Below are positions 27,660 to 40,187 of a stretch of 64,000 nucleotides of DNA, in pieces. The notes under the pieces were generated by a model. It saw only the letters and a program-made list of their open reading frames with translations. It was not told where the DNA came from and searched no databases. Position 1 is the stretch's first letter; every line of letters begins with the position of its first letter. This stretch comes from Tubiluchus corallicola (lineage: Eukaryota > Animalia > Priapulida). The stretch lies in contig JAQGDQ010000819.1 of the NCBI GenBank assembly GCA_030141605.1, forward strand, positions 27,969 through 91,968, written 5' to 3'. Both the position numbers and the translations under genes were made by a program.

Positions 27660-30600
27660 TTAAACTTTTAATTTTATTCCTTTCTTCAAGCCCGCACGTA
27701 TCCCAGAATGCTCTCCACCGTATCGTTGCATCTCTGTTCTTGGTGGTCGCACCTGCAAGTAAAAATGGATGCCGTCCTAGTTGACGTTTTCAAATAAATG
27801 CTGTCACTTTATCCAGTCGGTCTACAACACGTGAAAAAACTCAGCAAACACATAATTCGAATTTATTACAGTCCGCGCCGCTTAATAGCCTCACTCTGGG
27901 ACCGAAGAGTTTTGACCCGAATTAACCGACTGAGCCTATTAACCGATGCGTGTAGTTTTACTAAAGTATGAGCCATCAGCTTACTATGCACTGCAAAGGT
28001 TTTTAATGAATTCTAGAAATGAAGTAATGCCTAAATTCCTTTGTGTGGTTAAAAATTAGAAAAAATATTTTAAAATATTAATTTATATAAGTGAATTAGC
28101 AATAAATTAAAAAATACTTTTCTATATCACAGACTTTTCTAAGTCTAAGGTTCTTTGGGCACATACAAATGTCTTATTTTAAGTAGGCGAAGGAAAAATA
28201 TTGAGTCAATTAAGCGAAGTTATTTGAGTCAATTACCGATGGTTTTTATGTACATTTGAATAGAAGCGGCCCATTCCAGGCGTTTTTGAGTCAATTAAGC
28301 GATTGAGTCTATTAACCGTGAGTCTATTAAGCGGCTCCTGCTGTATTAAACCAGATCATTAATAAGATATACAATACAGTACTAGCATTTTCATCAGTTT
28401 ATATCATAGTGGTTCGTTTATATGCTTCATATGTTTTAGTTGTTTATTTTGTGGCCTAAGAGTTACGTGAAATTGTCAGAAGGGCAGTGACAATAGCATT
28501 TTTTTACAATGCTGTTGTATTACTGGTACGTTCAGGTGTAGTAATGAAACAAACTTGATTAAACAGCAAGCTTCAAAGTTTTCTGCCTTCAGATTAGTTA
28601 TGAGCGAAAAGAAACAGACAAGCGACTTGAAGCTTCAAGGTTTTCTGCCTTCAGATTAGTTATGAGTGAAAAGAAACAGACAAGCGACTTGAAGCTTCAA
28701 AGTTTTCTGCCTTCAGATTAGTTATGAGTCAAAAGAAACAGACAAGCGACTTGAAGCTTCAAAGTTTTCTGCCTTCAGATTAGTTATGAGTCAAAAGAAA
28801 CAGACAAGCGACTTGAAGCTTCAAGGTTTTCTGCCTTCAGATTAGTTATGAGTCAAAAGAAACAGACAAGCGACTTGAACCCTCAAAATTTTCTGCCTTC
28901 AGATTAGTTATGAGTCAAAAGAAACAGACAAGCGACTTGAACCCTCAAAATTTTCTGCCTTCAGATTAGTTATGAGTCAAAAGAAACAGACAAGCGACTT
29001 GAAGCTTCAAAGTTTTCTGCCTTCAGATTAGTTATGAGTCAAAAGAAACAGACAAGCGACTTGAAGCTTCAAAGTTTTCTGCCTTCAGATTAGTTATGAG
29101 TCAAAAGAAACAGACAAGCGACTTGAACCCTCAAAATTTTCTGCCTTCAGATTAGTTATGAGTGAAAAGAAACAGACAAGCGACTTGAAGCTTCAAAGTT
29201 TTCTGCCTTCAGATTAGTTATGAGTGAAAAGAAACAGACAAGCGACTTGAAGCTTCAAAGTTTTCTGCCTTCAGATTAGTTATGAGTCAAAAGAAACAGA
29301 CAAGCGACTTGAAGCTTCAAAGTTTTCTGCCTTCAGATTAGTTATGAGTCAAAAGAAACAGACAAGCGACTTGAAGCTTCAAGGTTTTCTGCCTTCAGAT
29401 TAGTTACGAGTGAAAAGAAACGGAGAAGCAAACTTGATTAAACAAGAAGCTTCAAGGTTTTCTCCCTTCAGATTAGTTACGAGTAAAAAGAAACAGACGG
29501 GTGCCTTGACACGTAATTGTTTGCTAGTCTGTTAAATTACTTTCCTGTTATTATTTGTAATGCAAATTAATTCAGTAGATTTACATCATTTTTGTTCATT
29601 CATTCCTACTTTACAAAACTTTATCACTGAACTTTACTCAAGGACCAGCTGTGCATAGCTGTGTAACTATGAATCTGCAGGCACCATACAGCCAACCTCG
29701 GGTATAAGGCACACTCGCTTATAAGGGACCACCAACACCAGTGCCGATTTTCGTAACGTTTTTCCTATGCAGAAATCTTCGTATATAAGGTACTCGGATA
29801 TAAGCAACGATATCCTTAGTCCCGTGCAACAGAAACCCAGGTAAATTACTTCGCATATAAGGAACCCTATGGTCAAAGCGAAATTGATCGATTTTTAACC
29901 TCAATTTTTTGCAAACTCGGCCTTCGAACAGCTCTGTTTCTGCGGTCACATACATCTCGCATCACCGAAGGAGCTTCATACATACCATTTGCAAAAAATG
30001 TGTAGCAATAATTCATGAAAATATGGGTAAAAGTACAGGTCTAGATACATCTACGGTCCGACTCTGACTCTGACTCTGGCTATAAGGGGACATCGGAGAT
30101 AAGGGACGATTTTTCCTGGTCCCGAGGTGTCCCTGATATCCGAGGTTGACGGTACATGTACAAACAAACAATGATTCACTGACACATACATCCAATTTAC
30201 TTTGCTTCAGAAAAAATCTGTTTAGTAAAACATACTATTCTTTTTACTGAAAATTTACTACAAACTGCTCATGCTCAGACTTTCTCACCTGTCCTTTCCG
30301 TCGAATCAAAGCCTTGCGGTACTTCAGTTTGTGCTTTACTCTTGGATTCCTTTGTTCTTTCTTCCTTTTTGGCATCAATCCCTTATTTTTAGCAATCTGC
30401 AAACAGGATAACAAATTCAGTTACGGAAGCAACATCCACAGAATAAGAAGTCTAACAAATCCAGAATAGAATGCCGTGTCACCAAGACATCAGAAAAATC
30501 TATTTTTTTGAAAAAGATCAGTTGACCAAAATACTGGTATGGCAAAGCCAAAGTTTAACACTCAAAACCTGACTAGGTTTCACGTTTCTTCAGAAATGTC

Positions 30601-33600
30601 ATCGTAATCTGGACAATCAACTAGTGGACATCACAATGTGGACAATCAACTAGTGGACATCGCAATGTGGACAATCAACTAGTGGACATCGCAATCTGGA
30701 CAATCAACTAGTGGACATCGCAATGTGGACAATCAACTAGTGGACATCGCAATCTGGACAACCAACTAGTGGATATCGCAATGTGGACAATCAACTAGTG
30801 GACATCGCAATGTGGACAATCAACTAGTGGACATCGCAATGTGGACAATCAACTAGTGCATTTAATTGGTTAAATGTCTTAAATGAAGAAAGCTGTTCTT
30901 AAAGTCAAAAATTTCTTAGTTTATTACTTTTATTTACAATATACTTACTTCATAATTTATTGCTCTTCTGGAGGGATCCGCCTGTTCATCTTCGTCATCA
31001 AAGCCATCGTTCACGGCACCTTCCGTCTTGTCATCATGTTTGCCCCGTTTTCTTCCCTAAAAGGATGACCAACAAGTATACAGAACTGTGAGAGTAAAAA
31101 CACATTGACAACGCTGTCCAAACTCATCACATTGACAACGTTGTCCAAACTCATCACATTGACAACGTTGTCCAAACTCATCACATTGACAACGTTGTCC
31201 AAACTCATCACATCGACAACGCTGTCCAAACTCATCACATTGACAACGTTGTCCAAACTCATCACATCGACAACGTTGTCCAAACTCATCACATCGACAA
31301 CGTTGTCCAAACTCATCACATCGACAACGCTGTCCAAACTCATCACATCGACAACGTTGTCCAAACTCATCACATCGACAACGTTGTCCAAACTCATCAC
31401 ATCGACAACGCTGTCCAAACTCATCACATTGACAACGTTGTCCAAACTCATCACATTGACAACGTTGTCCAAACTCATCACATTGACAACGTTGTCCAAA
31501 CTCATCACATTGACAACGTTGTCCAAACTCATCACATTGACAACGCTGTCCAAACTCATCACATTGACAACGTTGTCCAAACTCATCACATCGACAACGT
31601 TGTCCAAACTCATCACATCGACAACGCTGTCCAAACTCATCACATCGACAACGTTGTCCAAACTCATCACATCGACAACGTTGTCCAAACTCATCACATC
31701 GACAACGTTGTCCAAACTCATCACATTGACAACGTTGTCCAAACTCATCACATTGACAACGTTGTCCAAACTCATCACATTGACAACGTTGTCCAAACTC
31801 ATCACATTGACAACGTTATCCACACTCATCACATTCACAACGCTGTCCAAACTCATCACATTGACAACGTTGTCCAAACTCATCACATTGACAACGTTGT
31901 CCAAACTTCACCTACAAAATTCAAAGCACAAATTCACTTACGAATTGCCTGACACGCTGGAACTAATGCATAGTAATCTATAACTTTAGCTTTAGATTTA
32001 AGTACCATATGTAGGTAACATATAGGATATGAACACATTTATACAACAAAATGTGATTATAACATGCCTTATATATTTTACAATGTTGCTTGTAATAAAT
32101 TTAAGTATTCAATTGGCAATTTTAACATAGCGAAAGCATAAACACCCACATTTTTCTATTATATACGTTTTGAACGTTTATCTTCATTGCGGGAGTTTGA
32201 ACTGCCGTTGATGCTCTTAGCTACTGCTCGTTGAGAATATTGCTTATAATGACGTTTCCCTTACACCAGCATTAAAGTTAGTTTGTTATAGAGCAATAGA
32301 GGTGCAAATTTGCGTAGAAAATCGTGTGTATTTCCCTACCCAAGTTCGGCCACCTTCTGGAAATCCAGTTTCAAGTTTCCTGTGTTTGTCTGATGTCGAG
32401 TTCTCTGCCATGGTGAAATCTTCGTATTCACCGCTAGATTGTTCGTCAGAGCTGGCCAACATTTCTGCGATGGTCTTCCGCTTTTTTTCCTTGACAGAGT
32501 TTATCTGCTTTTTCCATTTTACTTCATTTGCTGTCTGTTGTGATGCGTCTGCTCAGCAGATAAAGTGAAATAAATGCAACTTTGTAATAAACAAACATGA
32601 GATTGAAAAAACATCATTTTTACTTAGAGAAATCTTGTAATAACATATATGCAATAAAAAGCAAGTGCACTACGGCTAGCTGTATTCTAGAATAGACTAA
32701 AAGCAAGAATTATACTTACTGTAGTGATTTAAAATCAAGAATTTATACTTACTGTAGTGATTTAAAATCAAGAATCTATACTTACTGTAGTGATTTAAAA
32801 TCAAGAATCTATACTTACTGTAGTGATTTAAAATCAAGAATCTATACTTACTGTAGTGATTTAAAATCAAGAATCTATACTTACAGTAGTGATTTAAAAT
32901 CAAGAATTTATACTTACTGTAGTGATTTAAAATCAAGAATTTATACTTGCTGTAGTGATTTAAAATCAAGAATTTATACTTACTGTAGTGATTTAAAATC
33001 AAGAATCTATACTTACTGTAGTGATTTAAAATCAAGAATTTATACTTACTGTAGTGATTTAAAATCAAGAATCTATACTTACTGTAGTGATTTAAAATCA
33101 AGAATCTATACTTACTGTAGTGATTTAAAATCCAGAATTTATACTTACTGTAGTGATTTAAAATCAAGAATTTATACTTACTGTAGTGATTTAAAATCAA
33201 GAATTTATACTTACTGTAGTGATTTAAAATCAAGAATCTATACTTACTGTAGTGATTTAAAATCAAGAATCTATACTTACTGTAGTGATTTAAAATCAAG
33301 AATCTATACTTACTGTAGTGATTTAAAATCAAGAATCTATACTTACTGTAGTGATTTAAAATCAAGAATCTATACTTACTGTAGTGATTTAAAATCAAGA
33401 ATCTATACTTACTGTAGTGATTTAAAATCGAGAATCTATACTTACTGTAGTGATTTAAAATCAAGAATCTATACTTGCTGTAGTGATTTAAAATCGAGAA
33501 TTTATACTTACTGTAGTGATTTAAAATCAAGAATTTATACTTGCTGTAGTGATTTAAAATCAAGAATTTATACTTACTGTAGTGATTTAAAATCGAGAAT

Positions 33601-36600
33601 TTATACTTACTGTAGTGATTTAAAATCCAGAATTTATACTTGCTGTAGTGATTTAAAATCAAGAATTTACACTTACTGTAGTGATTTAAAATCGAGAATC
33701 TATACTTGCTGTAGTGATTTAAAATCAAGAATTTATACTTACTGTAGTGATTTAGAATCGAGAATTTATACTTGCTGTAGTGATTTAAAATGAAGAATTT
33801 ATACTTACTGTAGTGATTTAAAATCAAGAATTTATACTTGCTGTAGTGATTTAAAATCAAAAATTTATACTTACTGTAGTGATTTAAAATCAAGAATTTA
33901 TACTTGCTGTAGTGATTCAAAATCAAAAATTTATACTTGCTGTAGTGATTTAAAATCAAGAATTTACACTTACTGTAGTGACTTAAAATCGAGAATTTAT
34001 ACTTGCTGTAGTGATTTAAAATCAAGAATTTATACTTACTGTAGTGATTTAAAATCAAGAATTTATACTTGCTGTAGTGATTTAAAATCAAGAATTTATA
34101 CTTACTGAAGTGATTTAAAATCAAGAATTTATACTTGCTGTAGTGATTTAAAATCAAGAATTTATACTTACTGTAGTGATTTAAAATGAAGAATTTATAC
34201 TTACTGTAGTGATTTAAAATCAAGAATTTATACTTGCTGTAGTGATTTAAAATCAAAAATTTATACTTACTGTAGTGATTTAGAATCGAGAATTTATACT
34301 TGCTGTAGTGATTTAAAATCAAGAATTTATACTTGCTGTAGTGATTTAAAATCAAGAATTTATACTTGCTGTAGTGATTTAAAATCAAGAATTTACACTT
34401 ACTGTAGTGATTTAAAATCAAGAATTTATACTTGCTGTAGTGACTTAAAATCGAGAATTTATACTTGCTGTAGTGATTTAAAATCAAGAATTTATACTTA
34501 CTGTAGTGATTTAAAATCAAGAATTTATACTTGCTGTAGTGATTTAAAATCAAGAATCTATACTTACTGTAGTGATTTAAAATCAAGAATCTATACTTAC
34601 TGTAGTGATTTAAAATCAAGAATTTATACTTGCTGTAGTGATTTAATATCAAGAATCATATATCAAAAAAGTTTCAGTAATAAATTTTATAAATTGCTAC
34701 CTATTTCAGCCAAAAGCGCTGGTTCAGTTTCATCCACGATCGGTTCTCCTTGCTTCAATTTATGCACAATTTCTTCAACGTGCTCCTTGAGCTTTTCGTC
34801 AACTGGTTCCAATTGTTTCATGAGCTGGATTCATAAGAAATAAAATTCTAACGTTATGCTATTATAATGATCACTTGATTTTCATGATTATAAGCTTCCA
34901 AAATTAGGAGGAATTTATGTGCTTACAGCAGTACAATGTAGGCTATTTGCAGTCCCGTCTATTGTTGGCATGTAATGTGTTAAAACGTCAACCAGTTTTT
35001 CTTATTTTCTTTTATATTATACACAAATTTGTTTACTAATTTAATAATGTAGTCATAATTGTAGAAATATGAAGTGTCGTGATGCATATTCCAATTCTAC
35101 GTGATGTTCCACTTCTTCATCAAAAATCTCTGGAATTTATGATCTTGGACAAATGTCAAGACATCACTATATATATGTTTATTGACTGATTAAGAGATAG
35201 TCGAACATGATACTTTAGTTCAGTCCATAGATCACTAGAAAAAAGGACTTGTGATCATATAACATGATCATTTCTGTCAAAAAATAACTGAAGAATTATT
35301 TTTAAGTTCTCACTACACACTTATTATCGCCTAACATGATCATTACTGTCCAAAAAACAGCTCAAGAGTTATTCACAAATTCATGATAAACACTTTTGAT
35401 TACATAACATGATCATTACTGTCCAAAAATCGCTAAACAGGTATTTACAAATTCACAATATGACTTTGGGTTTCCATTGAAAAATTCATGCAAATCGTTG
35501 AAGTTCAGTTCAGTGTTATCTTCACGAAGGTGATTAGTAAGTGGACAAAAACAGATAACATGCTCTTCTGTTTGAATGTTTAAGCCAGAACAGGAGCATA
35601 GCCTGTCCTCTCTTTTTATCCTTGCCCATCTTCCAGTCTCAGTAGCTAGGTTATGTGAGGAGAGGCGTAACTACAGTAACACTTTTGTAATGAGCCGATA
35701 TTTTTACAAAAAACCGCTGCCTCCATTCCGACAAAAAATGAATTTCAGCTCACTCTGCCATTTGTAATTATTGACGTAAAATTTACAAAAAAGCTTGTAC
35801 TTACCGCCCTGTACGTGGTTAATCTCTTAATCACAGGATGATGTTGCACCGGTGTGTTCTTGGCTTTCAACATCAAATAAAATGATCCATTTATCATGTA
35901 ACTAAAAGCAACAATATTTTAGTTAATTTATTCAATTCAATTGCACGAAATCTTATTAAAGGAAAAGTCAATCGTTCTGAAAAGTTAAGCTTACTTTAAT
36001 GTATGCAAAAAATGTTAGGAAGATTTATTAGTAAAACTGTGATCGTGTGATTAGTAAAATCACTTTAACGTCACAATCATTTCAAGCTTGTGTGCTCACA
36101 TTTTGAACGCGTTTCTTTTGTTCCACCAATGATGTCATTCATCGACTGAAGAAAAGCGGCACACTGTCAATTTGTGTCAACAGCTTTGATTTAAAAAACT
36201 ATCATAGTTTTCAAAATTTTAGAGCATTCTTTATTCTGAACCATTGTTTACACAATCGTCCGATTTTCCTTTAACATCTAAACAGCAAACTTAATACTTA
36301 CTTCATATACAATTGATACTTCGTTCTGATGTAATCAGCCCCGTCACCTTCGGGAATCTTCCCGTAATGAACCAGATCCATTAAGGGCTGAAGCACATTT
36401 CTTAATTCCATGAGCTAAATGTAAAAAAAATGTAGAATTATTTGTAGTTACTCAAATATTTGTCAAGTTCAAGTCAGGGATGAGAATAACAAATTGCAAA
36501 AAACTCTGAAACAGGCCGAGGGTTTTGGGGGCACCTAGGCAAAGCCCCCTTGGAGCCAGCAACAAATTGCATTTTGTGACCATAGATAGCCTCTAAGTGA

Positions 36601-39600
36601 ACTTACAATATCAATTACCTTGTTTCATGCATAATTTAAAATACTCAACTATCAAGGATACATGATACCTAATTGTCTCAAAAACGCCTAAGTACTGGCC
36701 GCTCCTATGCAAAAGTATATAAAAACTGTCTGCAATTGACTCAAATAACTCCACACAATTGATTCTATATTTTTACACATAGAGATATACACGTGGTTAC
36801 ACTGATGTACGTGACGGCCTGCCAACTAGCGGTCAGCATGTGAAATAATGTACTGGGTCCATAAAAATTTTCTCAACCAATTTACGCGATTTACAAAAAT
36901 GGCACTACTGGTCTTCCAAAAACTCGGAATTCCGCTTATCCTCAGAAAATTCTCATCCATGATTCATGTATGAAAGCTGTCCATAAGCTTAGTCAATGCC
37001 AATTGATTTAATAACAATGAATTTTAGCACATCTCATTCTAACAAAATTCTTTTAAAATTTCAAAGGCTCTTAAAAATGCAGTCTGACCACTGTGTACCT
37101 ACACAACACACAACACAACACACAATATTACACAACACACCATAGTACACAACACACAATATTACACAACACACACAACACACACAACACACAATAAAAC
37201 ACAACACACAATACAACACACACAACACAACACACTATATTACACAACACACAATCGTATACAACGCACAATGTTACACAATGCACAGTATTACACAACG
37301 CACAATGTTACACAACGCACACTATTACACAACACACAATATTACAAAACACACCTTTTGTTTAAAGTCTTCGACGAGCGGCAAGAACTCTGGCGACTCT
37401 TTCTGCAACAGCTCAAGTTTCTCTTTTCCGGAGAGTTTACTCAAATCGGTTTCAATTCTCTCTTCTCCGACTTCATCGTCCACATCAGCTTTTGATTCGG
37501 TCTAAATGAGTCGAAAAGGTAAAACTGAATGCAAGTGAACGACAGAATGATGATTGTAAAAAACATCATAACTACATCAGTAAGCTACTACATAAAATTC
37601 ATCACTTGTCAGGTGTTAACAAATAAAACTGTTACTTCCTATTGTTCAGGTTAAACTATAAGTGTACAATAATACAACATACATACTATCAGACGGTTGA
37701 CCAGACGGTTTAGTCTAGTGGTAATGCGTCTGCTTTCCGTCTGGGAGGTCGTGAGTTCGAACCGGCGGCCGGGTCATACCAAAGACTTTAAAAATGGTAC
37801 CTGCTGTTGCCCTGCCTGACGCGTGGTATTTAGGGTAAAAGTGGGGTAACAATAGTCTCTGTTATGTAGTTGTAGGTTGTTATTTACAGTCGGCAATAAT
37901 AGCTCTTTGAGCTAATGTTAATTGTTGACCCAAAAGTCGAGTTTAAATAAAGATTATTATTATTATTATTATTACTATCAAATTCTTATTTATGGGCTGC
38001 AAATTTTTAATAAAGTAAACACTCACATACCATAAATAGACATTAACAACAAGCAATCAGTACAGTAAGGCTAATAATTATGTAACTTCAAATACTCAGA
38101 GTATTTTGGGTATAAATATAACAATTACGTAGCTTGTAGAGTAACATGCTAATTTTATTTTGTGCGGGATACGACCTACGGCTACCAACTTTCCCGAATT
38201 TGCAAAAACGTAAAGCAAAACCGGATGACTGTTCAAACCCAATCTCATTTTAATTTACGGTAGAAAATACACAATTTCTTGTTTGTAAAAGTTAGCAATT
38301 GTTTCTTATATTTGAATAATTAGCTTAGAAAGTTAGTTAATGGTAACCGAACACAGCTATTGCTTACTGTCAGAAACTAACCACAGTTTGTGCAATGGCA
38401 CGCATCTTCCCTTGCGTGTCAAGCACATTTGCATAAGTGGTACAGTACTGCTTAAACGCACGATGTCACGAAAATGGGCTCTACATCATATGACGTCAGA
38501 AACTAACACAGCAGTTCATGATCATGCTTACCACGGTGCCGCCTTCTATTTGTCGGCCACGCGCACTTGAAAAAAAGGCGCCGTTACCAATCTTAGTAGA
38601 TTCACTGAGCCGCGCGTAGCTTTGAAAGTTTAACAAAATTTGAGTATCTAAGGTAATTATTCTTTAATCTAAGCTTTGATTTAAATATTGTAGTTTTCAA
38701 TATTTTACAGCATTCTTTATTCTGAACTCGTGTTTACACAATCATCCGGTTTTCATTTAAGTAATTTTCACATAATTCAATGAAAACATATGTCAGTCCA
38801 TGCTGCAGAAGCTTAAGGATAAAGGAAAGTGATAGAAACATTATCCTTGTCAGGTTCATCCTGATGACACTGAGTGCAGTTATACTGCATATAAAACAAG
38901 TGATCTGGTCATGAATGATTTAGTCATCGTAATCAAAAGTCGAAAAGTACAAAAATTCTCTGAAAAGTGTGACCGACTTTGACATCGGCTATAGTAGCTG
39001 TTTCAAAGACTCTTGCTTTAACCCTTTCATACCCGTTGTATCCCGTAGGATACGAGAATATTTTCTGCCTTTAAAATTAATAAAATTTTAAAACTGACAG
39101 TTATTTGATCTGTTAATAGTTATTTTGATTTAAGCCAATAACAATAGATTAAAAATGGTAATAAAATGACAAACTAGAAAATCTACATAGCATAAAAAAC
39201 TGCGCAAGGCACAGTACTTTAGAGACGACTTTGTACAGATCAGCATAGCATGCATACTAAATGTCTTAAATACTTTAAAAAATTATCAGCAGTCGCAAAA
39301 TAGCGCACATTTTTTGCTTTTGTTGTGTTTTTAAAAAAGTCGGACTTCGTTTTTTCGCACATGACAAAGAATGTTGTGTATCCCACAGGATACATTTGGA
39401 ACAAAAGTACCAAACTAAAAAAATAATTTGGGACTGAAAGGTTCAAATGTTCACCAAATACATCAACTTGCTGCTTTTTTCTGTTAAAACTGCATAAACC
39501 TTCATGCTGGTCTCTCCAAAATTCTAACTAAAACATTTACTCACGATTCAGCAATAAAAAAAATCAATACCTGGAACAAATCCAGGCCGAGATCCGCCTC

Positions 39601-40141
39601 ATCTATCTGTTCCGCCATTTTACGCTGTAGATACAGTGCTTCTTTCTCCTCCATCTTAGCTACATCTTCATCCGATTCAGAAGCCTCTTCCTGTACTTCC
39701 TCTGCATCGTCGGCATCATAATAAGCCGATTTTTTCTTTCCCCACGCCTCCCGACTCGGCAGAAAATCGTCATCCACGTCCTCGATGTCGCTCCGCATGT
39801 CTGCGCCATCGTCGTCATCATCACGGTCGCTGCTGTCAGAGCTACTGGCATCGACACCCAGCACATCTTCATTCAAATCTGTATCCGAATCAGATGCGTC
39901 ATCGACATCTAATGAAAGCTGAAACGTTTTTATATAAAACTAAAATGTGCATGAGCAATGTATGAAGAAGAAGAAGAAGAAATCATAATCTACAATCCTA
40001 CATGTTATATTGCAGAAAACGTGAAAGAACAATTGAAAGAAAAACTGCTTTATTCTCAAGACCAGTCCTTAATACATATCAATACTGGCAAATGGCACGC
40101 ATGCGGCAAGAGAGAGAGAGAGGGAGAGAGAGAGAGAGAGA

Positions 40142-40187
<46 letters not shown>

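Noticed and set aside
28568-29498. Possible CRISPR array (also the 47-, 29- and 99-bp arrays)
   Set aside because: Head-to-tail units with no unique spacers, no cas genes, eukaryotic context.
31011-31983. Overlapping 297-aa and 292-aa repeat ORFs
   Set aside because: 27-bp minisatellite inside a UTP3 intron; no evidence of a separate gene.
32697-34652. 651-aa ORF (ILNHYSKYKFL)n
   Set aside because: Translation of an intronic 33-bp minisatellite; the period is a multiple of 3. Retaining the intron from the upstream UTP3 exon hits TAA within five codons.
37700-37775. tRNA gene
   Set aside because: No convincing acceptor stem; continues into a SINE body, (ATT)n tail and TSD.
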